Source of the DNA: Octopus sinensis
Lineage: Eukaryota
NCBI RefSeq assembly: GCF_006345805.1
Contig: NC_043012.1
Location: 21,638,001 to 21,702,000, forward strand
Direction: 5' to 3'
Length of the DNA: 64,000 nucleotides
The first letter of the stretch is position 1, and the number at the start of each line of letters is the position of its first letter. Below, in pieces: positions 48,426 to 59,947 of the stretch. A program made the position numbers and the translations under genes. The notes beneath the pieces are model-generated. The model saw only the letters and a program-made list of their open reading frames with translations. It had not been told where the DNA came from and did no database searches.

Positions 48426-50084
48426 ATATATCTACATATATAAAACAGGCTTCATATGTGTGTATGTAGGAGTGAGTCTTAGTGTGTATGTAGGAGTGAG
48501 TATTGCGTTTGTCCCCTATCACCACTTGACAACTGCTGTTGGTTTGTTTACATCTCTGTAACTTAGCAGTTTGTCAAAGGAGACCAATAGAATAAGTACC
48601 AGACTTAAAAAATAAGTAATAGGGTCAATTTGTTCAATTAAACCTTTCAAAGTGGTGCCCCAGCATGGCCACTGTCCAATGACAGAAACAAACAAAATAA
48701 TCATGATTGCACTGCAAAAAAGTATTTTATTAGTTGCTGTTTGGCCCCAATTTGACCTTTGCTGAACAAAGCTATGTCCAAAAATATTCCGATTATGACT
48801 TACCCATTATTTTTTTTTATGTATTATGTTCTACATTGTCTACTGTGGCTTTGATTTTTAATATAGTAGGGTTAGCTTGAAGGAGAATTTAGTTGCTATT
48901 TCTAGCACATCAAGTGAGACCATAAAGGCGCCTATATTGGGCTCTTCTATTTGTTTTAGAGATGCCTGGAGTCAACAAACCATGCATTTTGTGCTGTACA
49001 AATGCATTTAATTTAGTGTGGTACAGATTTAATTTCCCTCGCATGCTGATTGCATAATATGCATGTGTCACTTAAAGAGAACACAGCACGTAGTTGTCTG
49101 GTACTAGCAGTAGAGGAAAAGGAAGTAGAGGGAGGCGACAGCTAAGGGAAATTTTGAAATTTCATAATCAACTCTATAGTAACAGAAGCAAAATGAGAAA
49201 GCCTATACATGGTCGCTTAACGTGCTAGAAAGAGCAGCCAAATTTCTCTAGGGTCATACTTCATCAACTTAAAGAAAATAAAGGAACTATGCTTGAAAGT
49301 AAGAGTGGTTAGTCACATGTGGAATGCATGGTCTGGAACTAAACAAAATCAAAAACAAAAAAAAACTGTTGCTACCTTCAGAATTGTCACAGACAACATG
49401 GCTACATGTTAGTATGGTATCATGGCTGATTGATATTCCTGTTCCATTGCCCTTTTGACCAATAACATGACACATACGCTGCTTGATGCTTTCACTCAAT
49501 GTAAAATTGTAAGGACCTCAGAGTAATAAAACAAAAAATATAATAATAATAATAATAATAGCAACAACAATAAATAATAACAATAATAATAGTAATAATA
49601 ATAATAACAATAATAATAATAATAATAATGCTCAATACCACAAATTTGCTTATCAGTTGTTTGACCTTAACCAGTTGAGCATGTCCCTTAGTGGCTGACA
49701 ATATGTGCATCTCTGATCTCGAGCAGAAGTAGTGGGGGAGCATCATAGCCATGTGTTGAGAGGGATTCTTTGGGGTTTGAATAGTTCACCTCTGGAAACA
49801 TGGGTGTTTCGTTTAACATCCTTAAACAATCCTTATTCAGGGACCTTTCGAGTGGGATGGGTTACTCGACCAGAAGAAAATTCTAACTGGGCCCCACCTG
49901 CAAGGTCATGTGCTGTGTATCTTGGTATGAGATCCCCATGTCGCACACATGTGGTTGTGATGCATGTGCCTGGTGTACCCTTATCAGACGGGTAGTCATG
50001 ATGGGTATTTTGGGCTTCGTATATTTTACCCTAGTGTCACTTTGATGGCATGCACTGCTCTCTCACTCAATAATAATAATAATA

Positions 50085-51485
50085 ATAAGGATACCATTGT
50101 ATAAGGAATGAAAAAAGAACGCTTGCCGAGTATTTGATAAACAGTGATGAAGACCTGCTGCAATATGCCACGAAAGATATGGGTGTAAATGCAGATGAAA
50201 TGATGGGCAAGGAAGAGTTGAGAAGAGAAAAAAAGACCTCGAAATGAGAACACATGAAGAGTTGGACATTAAGGATAATACAGCATTGTGGGCATGGCTT
50301 GAGCGAGGTGACTTGTAGCTGTGGCCAGTGCCCCCTGTCTGGCTCCCGTGCCGGTGGCTTGTAAAAAGCACCATCTGAACATGGCCAATGCCAGTACCCA
50401 CTGACTGGCTCCCATCGTCTCTCTTGTACACCACATTTGATGCTTCTTATGCCCAACTTTTCTCTCAGGGTGCTTACACTCTGTCGTGTGTACACTCTAA
50501 CATTACAGATCCAGTGGATCATACTCGCTTCATTTCTTTCAAGCCTACGCATGTCCTCAGCAGTCATGGCCCATGTTTCCCTGCCATGTAGCATGGCAGT
50601 TTGCATACATGCATCACACAGTCTACCTTTCACCTTGAGTGAGAGGCCCTTAGTTGCCAGTAGAGGTAGGTGCTCCATGAACTTTGTCCAGGCTATTCTT
50701 ATTCTAGCCGCTACACTCTCAGAGCAACCAACCCCACTACAGACTTGGTCACCTAGGTAGCGGAAGCTATAAACTACTTCTATTTTCTCCCCCTTGGTAT
50801 GTGATGGAATCTGCTTACTGTACATCTTCAGCGTTTAATGCTCCTGTGCATCTACCACTCACAAAAACTCTCTTCCCTGTTAACCTTCCTTTGATATTGC
50901 TGCACCTTTTATGTGTCCATAGCTTACACCGGGTACATCATATGGAGTTTCTACCCACGCCTTTTCTACAGATTGAGCAGGGCTATCTACCTGAAGGTGT
51001 TTCTGATTTGACAGCTTTCCTGTTACCAACATAAATCTGAAGGCATCATCAAAACTGATAATGCAAAGATCCTATGAAATTTTATGATTCAATGCAACCA
51101 TGAGATAGAGAATAAGAAACCAGACATAGTGTTAATTGAGAAAGAAAGCAAACAATGCTGGATCATAGATATAGCAAGCCCAGCTGACAACAAGGTATAC
51201 AATAAAGAAGACAGAAGAGTTGATAGATAAAAGAGGTTAGCTTGGGAGGTTCGGAGCCCTGGGAACAGTGAGTAAAAATTTTGAGAAGTACATGGAACAA
51301 ATAGGGGCTGCAATAAGGGTGGAGCACTTGCAGAAAACAGCACTGCTTGGAACCACTCGAGTACTCCAGATGGTGCTTGAAAAATAAGGGGTGTTACTTT
51401 AGTTCACTGGTAATGAACAGCTAACACTGTAGTACATCTCCAGCATTAGAAGCTGTGCAAAGACAATAAAATAATAATAATAATA
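50085..51485 (+). mobile_element. Dong fragments interrupted by RTE sequence
   Basis: Dong pieces at 50085-50310 and 51030-51485 (KPDIVLIEKESKQCWIIDIASPAD..LQKTALLGTTRVLQMVL); RTE RT C-terminus on the - strand at about 50415-50860 (FRYLGDQV..ARIRIAW.KF..MLHG.ETW). Confidence 0.85.
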
Positions 51486-51695
51486 CTTTCTACTGTAGGC
51501 ACAAGGCATGAAGTTTTGGGGGAGGGGTAAGTCAATTACATTGGCCCCAGCAATTGACTGGTACTTTATTATCAACCCCAAAAGGATGAAAGGCAAAATT
51601 GACCTCAGTGGAATTGGAACGCAGAAATTAGCGATGGGTTAAATACTGCTAAGTATTTCATCCAGCATGCTAATGATTCTGCCAGCCCGCCGCCT
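51486..51695 (-). mobile_element. SINE family A flanked by (TAA)n at both ends
   Basis: Reverse-complement SINE A ending CCGCCGCC-TTAATAATAAT. Confidence 0.8.
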
Positions 51696-51792
51696 TAATA
51701 ATAATAATAATAATAATTGTCTCAGGTCCTTGTTGTGACTTGACAGATGACTAAAGACTCTGGTGCATTTTTACCTACACTGTGTTACGAAG

Positions 51793-51857
<65 letters not shown>

Positions 51858-51892
51858 CAAACTCATAATTTTCTTATTCTCAAGAACAATGT

Positions 51893-52215
51893 GAAGGCAC
51901 ATGGCTTAGTGGTTAGGGCATTTGACTCATGATTGTAAGGTTGTGAGTTCAATTCCTGGCGACACATTGTGTCCTTGAGCAAGACACTTTATTTCCCACT
52001 GCTCCAGTCCACTCAGCTGGCAAATGTGAGTTGTACCTGTATTTCAATGGGTCAGCTTTGTCACACTCTGTGTCACGGTGAATCTCCCTGAGAACTACGT
52101 TAGGGGTACACGTGTCTGTGGATTGCTCAGCTACTTGCATGTTAATTTCACGAGTAACCTGTTCCGTTGATCATGTCAGCTGGGACCCTGGTCGTTGTAA
52201 CTGACAGAGTGCTCC
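51893..52215 (+). mobile_element. SINE family B, short variant
   Basis: tRNA head TGGCTTAGTGG and GAGTTCAATTCC, plus the GAGAACTACGTTAGGGGTACACGTG core. Confidence 0.75.
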
Positions 52216-52365
52216 TAGAACAATACTATGTTCAAAACCAAATATATGACCCTAGGTAAAACACCAACACAAGCTTCTAAATTGTTGTCTCTTGAGGTCT
52301 CTGGTTGAGACTGGAGCCAACTTGTACAAATACAAAGCAAAAGTCAAATATATAATAATAATAAC

Positions 52366-52403
<38 letters not shown>

Positions 52404-52559
52404 CAACGAGCACATACCTCTGCCAAGGCAACACCAACGTCCTTATTTGTTTAATTAGGCACAAGGCCTCAATAGAAAAGGGACAACACAAAAACAGACA
52501 AAACAATACAATGGCATACATAAAAGACATATCGAATGAATTATGGATATAATGAAAAA

Positions 52560-53350
52560 TGAGGATGGAATGGCTTACCTACCCCCCAAAAGCAGGTAGT
52601 TCCATTTTACTGTTTTTAAATGCACAGTTCAATATCAGTTTTGTACCTGTTGGTTTCCTTTTTCTAAAAATTCACACAAAGTCACTATTTATAAAATATA
52701 CTCCATCAAATCTTCGAAGGCCACCACTGGCGGCAATTCATCACAACAAACCTGCATCGCTGTCATCTCCACTCCTCCACCAAACAACTCCTTCAATCCA
52801 CCCTCACCTCCAGCAAATCAGCCTTCATACCCTCACCATTCCTCCCAGCCGCCAATTTCACTCCGACAACGCTCCTCATCTTGACAATCTTCCCCTCGAT
52901 CTCTACACCTCCCTGTGCATTCCACCACAGCTCTCAGCGAGAACTCTGCCAAAGAGGAATGTATCTGTCCTCAGGCCTTTCAGCCTTGTCCACCAGACAA
53001 CCTCCTTTGCCACAGCTACCAGGCAAAGGAAAACTGCCTTGCCTGCCTGATTAAAGGAGGGTGGCAGTGTGATCATCATTACAAACTCAGCTGACAGATG
53101 GATCCGTCCCACACCTGACAGCAGCTGTTCAACATGATCCCACAAGTCAGCAATACCCAGACACTGAATGAAGGCATGCAGAATGGTTTGTCACTCTGCA
53201 CGCATCTCAGACAAGCCCGTCTGACAGCACATCCATGCTTATCGAGTTTATCTCAAATTGGTAGCACCCCACCCCTCACCGGTAGCACTGCCAGGCCAAG
53301 GACATCTGGAAATTATCCATGATAGTTCCTGGCTCGAAAGTCCTCTGGAA
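52560..53350 (-). mobile_element. Tx1/L1-like LINE 3' region
   Basis: DKLDKHGCAVRRACLRCVQSD; KEVVWWTRLKGL; homologous to 15185-15450. Confidence 0.8.
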
Positions 53351-53354
53351 CAGA

Positions 53355-53695
53355 CTAGCTAGTTTGTTAACGTCAGTACCCAGAATCTCCCCAAGAATGT
53401 CATTGCACTTCTCCACTACTACTCCTCTTGTGAAAGGTAGGAGAGTCCAGTTTGCTGGACATTGTTGTAGAGCTGAAAAAGAGGTAATTTCTACTCTTCT
53501 CCTCTGGAAGCCATCTACTCGCAATACCAGAGGGTGCACACTCTCCTACCCTGATGTAATCTCCAGGGATACAGGCATCCAGCAACAGGACCTCCGTAAT
53601 GCCATGATGGACCGTGAAGTCTGGCGTAGCATGGTAAATTCCATTGTCTCGACCACGGTTGAACAATGATGATGATGACTACTCCTCTACAAATT
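53355..53695 (+). mobile_element. RTEX/RTE-like LINE 3' end
   Basis: RRVQFAGHCCRAEKEVISTLLLWKP...LSYPDVISRDTG...MMDREVWRSMV; (TGA)n tail. Confidence 0.88.
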
Positions 53696-53844
53696 TCTAA
53701 AGCAGAACATCCACTGAGCCCATTGCCTGACTTGTAGAGGGCTGTGAGCACCTAACGACATTCTAATAATAATAATAACAATGTGTAGTGGGCTTGCTGC
53801 CTGCAGATTATGGTACCATGCTATCTGTTCTTTTCAACTATTTA

Positions 53845-55111
53845 TTGGGTTGTCTAGAAAGTTCATACCAATCTTTAAAGGAAATTTAAAGGCAAAACAA
53901 AATTATGCCATTAAATATTTATTTAACTAAATATGAACCATTTTGTTGCACAACCTTTTTTCATCTTTCCTTCAACTTAAAGATTCCATCTTCCCAGAAT
54001 TTCAGTAGTTTCTTGGCAAAGAATTCATAAAGGTATTTTTTTGTCCTACAAAGAATTAAAATTTTTACCATTGAGATTATTTTGCAAGGACCTGAATAAA
54101 TGAAAATCTGAAGGAGCAATGTCTGGTGAATATGGTGGGTTGGGTAACACATCCTAGCTATGCTGCAACAATTTTTGACAGGTCACCAAACATACATGAG
54201 GTCTGGCATTATCCTGATGGAAAACAACACCTTTCATGCTTGCCAATTCTGGGTATTTTTCTTGAATTGCTCTCCTTCAAATCATCCAGTTGTAAGCAGT
54301 ACTTCTCAGAATTAATTGACTGGTTACTTGGCAGAATCTTGCAGTACAGGATTCCTTTCCAATCCCACCAGATGCAGACCATGACTTTCTTAGGACAAAG
54401 ACCTGCTTTTGGGGTGGCTAAAGGTGGTTCATGTCACTTACCCCAGGATCTTTTTCACTGAACATTGTTGCAAGCGATCCATTTCTCATCACCTGTCACA
54501 ATTTGCCTAAGAAAGGGACTCATTTTCATTGCATCTATACAGCAAATCACAGAGGGAAATGCGATCCAAAAGATTCTTTTCACTCAGATCATGTGGTATC
54601 CAAACATTGTAGTGATTTGAGTACCCAAGTTTCACTAAGTGCCCATGGATGGTAGATTTTAATAAATTTAGTGTTTCTGCCAATTCCTATGTTGTGTAAT
54701 GCAGGTTATTCTCAATCAATGTCTTGATTTGGTCCTCATCTGCAGCGTGGGGGCTGCCTGAGCGTTCTTCATTAATAAGACTACAATCACTAACTCTAAA
54801 CTTAGCGAACCACTTCCATATGGTTCTGTCAGCTAAAGCACATATCTTTTTTGTTGCTTGTGAGGCATTTTTGCCTTTACAGTAATGAAAATGCATCAAG
54901 TGTCTAAAATGTACCTTATAATCTTCCATCTTCATAGGGATGAAAAACTGACACAAATTAAGTCATTTTAAACTCTCTTTCTCAAGAGATACTTTGAAGT
55001 GTGCGCTAACCAGAAATGTAAGCATATTATAAGTGTCGATAAATGTGATGTGTTCAAACATGTTGGAACACAAATGATAAAAAATTGGCAAGAACTTTCC
55101 GAACAACCTAA
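53845..55111 (-). mobile_element. Full-length decayed mariner transposon (1267 bp)
   Basis: Imperfect TIRs TTGGGTTGTCTAGAAAGTTC and GAACTTTCCGAACAACCTAA with TA on both flanks; N-terminal HFRHLMHF..KGKNASQATKKIC..KWFAKFR..ERSG and C-terminal PPYSPDIAPSDFHLFRSLQN. Confidence 0.92.
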
Positions 55112-55290
55112 TAACATTTTCCTGGTGATTCTGGCCATGCCAAAGAGACAAACCTTTTGTAATAGTTCTACTGTGCACACTATTCTGATTTCCTATATAT
55201 TCCTCTTGATGCCTTAGGATACCGTTCTCAAGGACCCAACAATAATTGGCACTATCTTCAGCATCTTCATTTTCCATAGCAAGGCTATTT
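55112..55290 (-). mobile_element. Dong-type RLE C-terminal remnant abutting the mariner
   Basis: LWKMKMLKIVPIIVGSLRTVS...ELLQKVCLFGMARITRKML. Confidence 0.75.
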
Positions 55291-56168
55291 CTTTCTTAAG
55301 ATTGCATTTGTTTATTTTTCCCCTTCTTTTTTGACTATTTGTGTATCAAAGGGGCATGAAGCATCAGTTATAGAGCACATGTGGTGCACCTTGTCCACTA
55401 CCACATGGTCCAGTTTGTTATGCTCTAGTACCTCATCTGTTTGCATTGAGAAATTCTCCAGGATTATGTAGGTCTCTGACTCCACTGTTCTCTGAGGTTT
55501 CTGCTCATGCCATGTCTTGCCTTAATCTAGACCAGTATCCTGCAACCTTTTTAACTTGCCGTACACTTATATTCTTTTCAAAATTTGGCGGCACACCTAA
55601 ACTAAAAATACAACTTAAAGTATAGGGAAAAGAATTATATTTAGGTTACACTGCGGCACACTGAGCATCGTCTCGGGTCACACCAGTTGCAAAGCACTAT
55701 TTCTAGACCTCACTTTTCACAACACCTCAATGTAGCAATTTTGCTATTGCATTGTATCACCACAATTTATATTGGTTTGTGCAAGCAAGAGCATTTGTTC
55801 ATGATATTGGCAATGGTCTTGTCATAATAATAATGGCTTCAAATTTTGGTACAAGGCCAGCAATTTTTTAGGCAGGGGGGTAGTTAATTTCATCAATCCT
55901 CAGTGGTCAATTAATACTTTATTGACCCTTAGGTGATGAAAGGCACAGTTGACGGGGATAGTTGATTATATCTATCCCAGTGTTTCACTGGTACTTAATT
56001 TATTGACTCTGAAAGGATGAGAGGCAAAGTTGACCCCAGTGGAATTCATTTTCACCATAAATCAATAAATAAAGAGCTAATAACCTCTACAGTTTGCAAA
56101 TTTTAGACATATAACTGCCAGTTTCCATAGTAACCAGCCAAGCTGTTACAGAGCTAATTACCTACTGT

Positions 56169-56485
56169 AATCCTGTTGTTTGACTAGGTAAAATTATCAA
56201 ACTTTAAACGTCTCTGTTTTTTGTTCTGGAGAAAGTGGATTAGCCACTGAGATTCAGGATAGAAAATTACATCAATACACCAAATTTTAAAATTATCACT
56301 TTAAAGGATCTTTTCTGTTTGGCTGCGAAAATTTTAAAGTTTTGTGAAAATTTTAAAATTTTGTGTATTGATGTAATTTTTCACACTTAATCTCAGGAGA
56401 TAATTCACTTTTTCCAGAAAAAATGTTCAAAAAAGTTACAAAGGTTTAAAGTTTGATAATTTTTACCCAGTCAGAAAACAGGATT
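56169..56485. mobile_element. Fold-back MITE with long imperfect TIRs (about 125 bp)
   Basis: AATCCTGTT..GACTAGGTAAAATTATCAAACTTTAAAC pairs with GTTTAAAGTTTGATAATTTTTACCCAGTC..AACAGGATT; inner AAAATTACATCAATACAC pairs with GTGTATTGATGTAATTTT. Confidence 0.8.
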
Positions 56486-57019
56486 TGGAAGCTGTCATAT
56501 TGTGCATGACTGCACGTGCTGTCAACTTTAAACAAATGAAATATTGGTGGAATTCTGATTTACGAATGCCATATAATCCCTCATAATCTTTTTATTTTTT
56601 TTAATTTTCAGAAAATTTTTGCTAATTTTTATTCTACAAATGGGAATTCATACGATTATGCCAAACCATCCCTGCCACAAATTTTCATGCGTGATTTAAG
56701 GCCTATTTAGCTGTTATTTTTAGCACATCTCACACCGCATGTGTTTTAAGTATTCAGTAAGTAACACAAAGAACACGTGGTAAGCAGCTTGGCTGACCGG
56801 TTCGTGGAACACCTCTGAGACTTGGAAAGAGGCAACTATATGTCTGTGGCTTTCGATTAGCTAAAATAACCCCAAATTTACACAGAGATGTACTTGCATA
56901 GCAAGTGACTTGATCTGAGATCATGTGCTGGAACGAAAACAATTGCAGCGTGGAAGGTGTTTATAAGCCATTTAAGAAACACACAAAACCGTTAGATTCA
57001 CTTCAACATTTAAATTTAA

Positions 57020-57070
57020 TTTGTCAAAATATTTTCGTCGCTTTGAGACCACGACCTGTTCACTGACAAA
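57020..57070 (-). ncRNA. Variant hammerhead fold with G3:C8 core
   Basis: TTTGTCA GTGAACA G GTCGT-GGTCTCAAA-GCGAC GAAA ATAT TT^TGACAAA: 7-bp stem I, 5-bp stem II (one wobble) and palindromic stem III AATATT. Confidence 0.7.
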
Positions 57071-57299
57071 ACTTCATGCTGCAAACTTTGAAAGTTATTA
57101 ACGCTTTACTTATTGATTCATGGCAAAAATGAATTTCCTGTCAATGCTTACTATACAAAGCTATACCAATACGCCAAATATGAAATCAATTCAAGCAAAA
57201 ATTGAAGAAACTGAAAATAGGCAACCAAACAGAAAAGATCCACTTTAAAATTCCCTTAGGTGCTGCCAAGCAGAGCAGATTCCCACACTGTACAGCTCC

Positions 57300-57720
57300 A
57301 TTCTCTGCAATACCTGGACATCATTCGTCCAGTATTTCGAGACAAGGAAATAAAGCACGAGGTTACCCACCAGTTGCTGTGCAATCACGAAGGCTGCCTC
57401 CTGATCAGTTGAAGGTCAATAAACAGGAATTTCAATACATTAGACCTCAGAACCATTCATTCATCTAGCAGCAACTGGTCATCTCCTCTGCCTTTCGTAC
57501 CAAAGAAAGTGACAAATGACTTGCAGCCCAGCGGTGACTCTCGTGCTCTTAACTGAACAGTGATCGACATATTCCCTATATCCCATTTACATGATTTTTC
57601 TAGCTCACATATTCTCTAAAATTGATCTGATGCACGCCTCTAACCAGATCCCAGTTATATATTTCAACTTCTAAAGGCAAATTCACTGCAGTTATCCCAG
57701 AGAAAAGATTCTCTCTTATG
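57300..57720 (+). mobile_element. Ty3/Gypsy RT N-terminal remnant
   Basis: RRLPPDQLKV.KQEF...IHSSSSNWSSPLPFVPKK..D..PSGDSRALN*TVIDIFPISHLHDF...FSKIDLMHASNQIPV, with stops and frameshifts. Confidence 0.85.
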
Positions 57721-57982
57721 GTAAAAAGGTGTAAAAACACCATATCTTCCCGGTGTTGCTCCTTGTTGGATTGCCAGACGCAGTGTTTCTAGCTCTTTAG
57801 CCAATCAGCCGAAATTGCGAGGATGATCCGGTTCTTGACTGAAGATTAGAGGCTTCGAATGACCCGTCTGTTTTTTGTGTCGTCTATTTGAATGTTTTGC
57901 GTTCTTGTCCCATTTTGTATTTTTATATATATTTTTTTATACATATATATATATATACATACAGACATACATATACACACAG

Positions 57983-58023
<41 letters not shown>

Positions 58024-58053
58024 TACATACATATATATATATATATAAAAAAA

Positions 58054-59810
58054 AAAATAGATGAACATCAATGGAATCTGTATCTTTGTGGTACCAGTGC
58101 CGGTGGCACACAAGAAAACCATCCGAACGTGGCCGTAGCCAGTTCCGCATCGACCGGCCTCCGTGCTGTGGGCACGTAACAAACACCATCCGATCATGGC
58201 CGTTCGCCAGCCTCATCTGGCACCTGTGTCGGTGGCACATAAAAACACCTTCCGAAGACCCGGCAAGACTAGTCAGTCCACCTTTGCATACCTTCCTTCT
58301 TGTGACACTTGTGAAGACCTGTTGAGGCAAGTGAAAATCAAATCAAATCAAAATAGATGAACATCAATGGAATTTGTATCTTTGTGGTACCAGTGCCTGT
58401 GGCACACAAGAAATCCATCCGAACGTGGCCGTAGTCAGTACCGCATCGACTGGCCATCGTGCTGTGGGCACATAACAAACACCATCCGATCGTGGCCATT
58501 CGCCAGCCTCATCTAGCACCTGTGTCGGTGGCACATAAAAACACCATCCGAAGACCCGGCAAGACTAGTCAGGCCATATCCCATGGCCCCTACCTGTGAT
58601 ACTTGTGAAGGCCTGTTGAGGCAAGTGAAAATCAAAATAAAATCAAAATCAAATCAAATCAAATCAAATCAAAACAAATCAAAATAGATGAACATTAATG
58701 GAATTTGTATCTTTGTGGTACCAGTGCCTGTGGCACACAAGAAATCCATCCGAACGTGGCCGTAGTCAGTACCGCATCGACTGGCCATCGTGCTGTGGGC
58801 ACGTAACAAACACCATCCGATCATGGCCGTTCGCCAGCCTCATCTGGCACCTGTGTCGGTGGCACATAAAAACACCTTCCGAAGACCCGGCAAGACTAGT
58901 CAGTCCACCTGTGCATACCTTCCTTCTTGTGACACTTGTGAAGACCTGTTGAGGCAAGTGAAAATCAAATCAAATCAAAATAGATGAACATTAATGGAAT
59001 TGTATCTTTGTGGTACCAGTGCCGGTGGCACACAAGAAAACCATCCGAACGTGGCCGTAGCCAGTACCGCACCGACTGGCCTCCGTGCTGTGGGCACGTA
59101 ACAAACACCATCCGATCGTGGCCGTTCGCCAGCCTCATCTGGCACCTGTGTCGGTGGCACATAAAAACACCATCCGAAGACCTGGCAAGACTAGTCAGGC
59201 CATAACCTGTGGCCCCTACCTGGGACGTAGTCAGTCCACCTGTGCATACCTTCCTTCTTGTGACACTTGTGAAGACCTGTTGAGGCAAGTGAAAATCAAA
59301 TCAAAACAAATCAAAATAGATGAACATCAATGGAATTTGTATCTTTGTGGTACCAGTGCCGGTGGCACGTGGCACACAAGAAAACCATCCGAATGTGGCT
59401 GTAGCCAGTACCGCATCGACTGGCCTCCGTGCTGTGGGCACGTAACAAACACCATCCGATCGTGGCCGTTTGCCAGCCTCATCTGGCACCTGTGTCGGTG
59501 GCACATAAAAACACCATCCGAGTGTGGCCGTCTGCCAGCCTCGTCTGGCACCTGTGTCGGTGGCACATAAAAAACACCATCTGAGCGTGGCCGTTTGCCA
59601 GCCTCGTCTGGCACCTGTGTCGGTGGCACATAAAATCACCCACTACACTCTCGGAGTGGTTGGCGTTAGGAAGGGCATCCAGCTGTAGAAACACTGCCAG
59701 ATCTGACTGGACTGGTGCAGCTTTCGGGCTCCCCAGACCCCAGTTGAACCGTCCAACCCATGCTAGCATGGAAAGCGGACGTTAAATGATGATGATGATG
59801 ATGATGATGA
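58054..59810 (+). repeat. Five-unit tandem array of the RTE 3'UTR ending in a complete RTE tail
   Basis: AAAATAGATGAACAT starts at 58054, 58350, 58681, 58977 and 59313 (periods 296/331/296/336); (GAT)n tail at about 59790-59810. Confidence 0.95.
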
Positions 59811-59899
59811 TATATACATACATATATATATATACATATATACATACATATATATATATATATATACATATATACATACATATATATATATATACATAT

Positions 59900-59947
<48 letters not shown>

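Noticed and set aside
50067-50825. 252-aa ORF as a novel fusion protein
   Set aside because: It is chance read-through across RTE RT, RTE UTR and antisense Dong junctions.
54963-55277. 104-aa ORF as a cellular exon
   Set aside because: An alternative frame is clearly the Dong RLE C-terminus, and the ORF runs into the mariner TIR.
57790-57900. CTGAAGA...CGAA motif as another hammerhead
   Set aside because: No stem II pairing, no GAAA and no stem I complement were found.
58054-59650. CRISPR-like repeat array
   Set aside because: The units are about 300-bp tandem copies of a LINE UTR with no unique spacers, in eukaryotic context with no cas genes.
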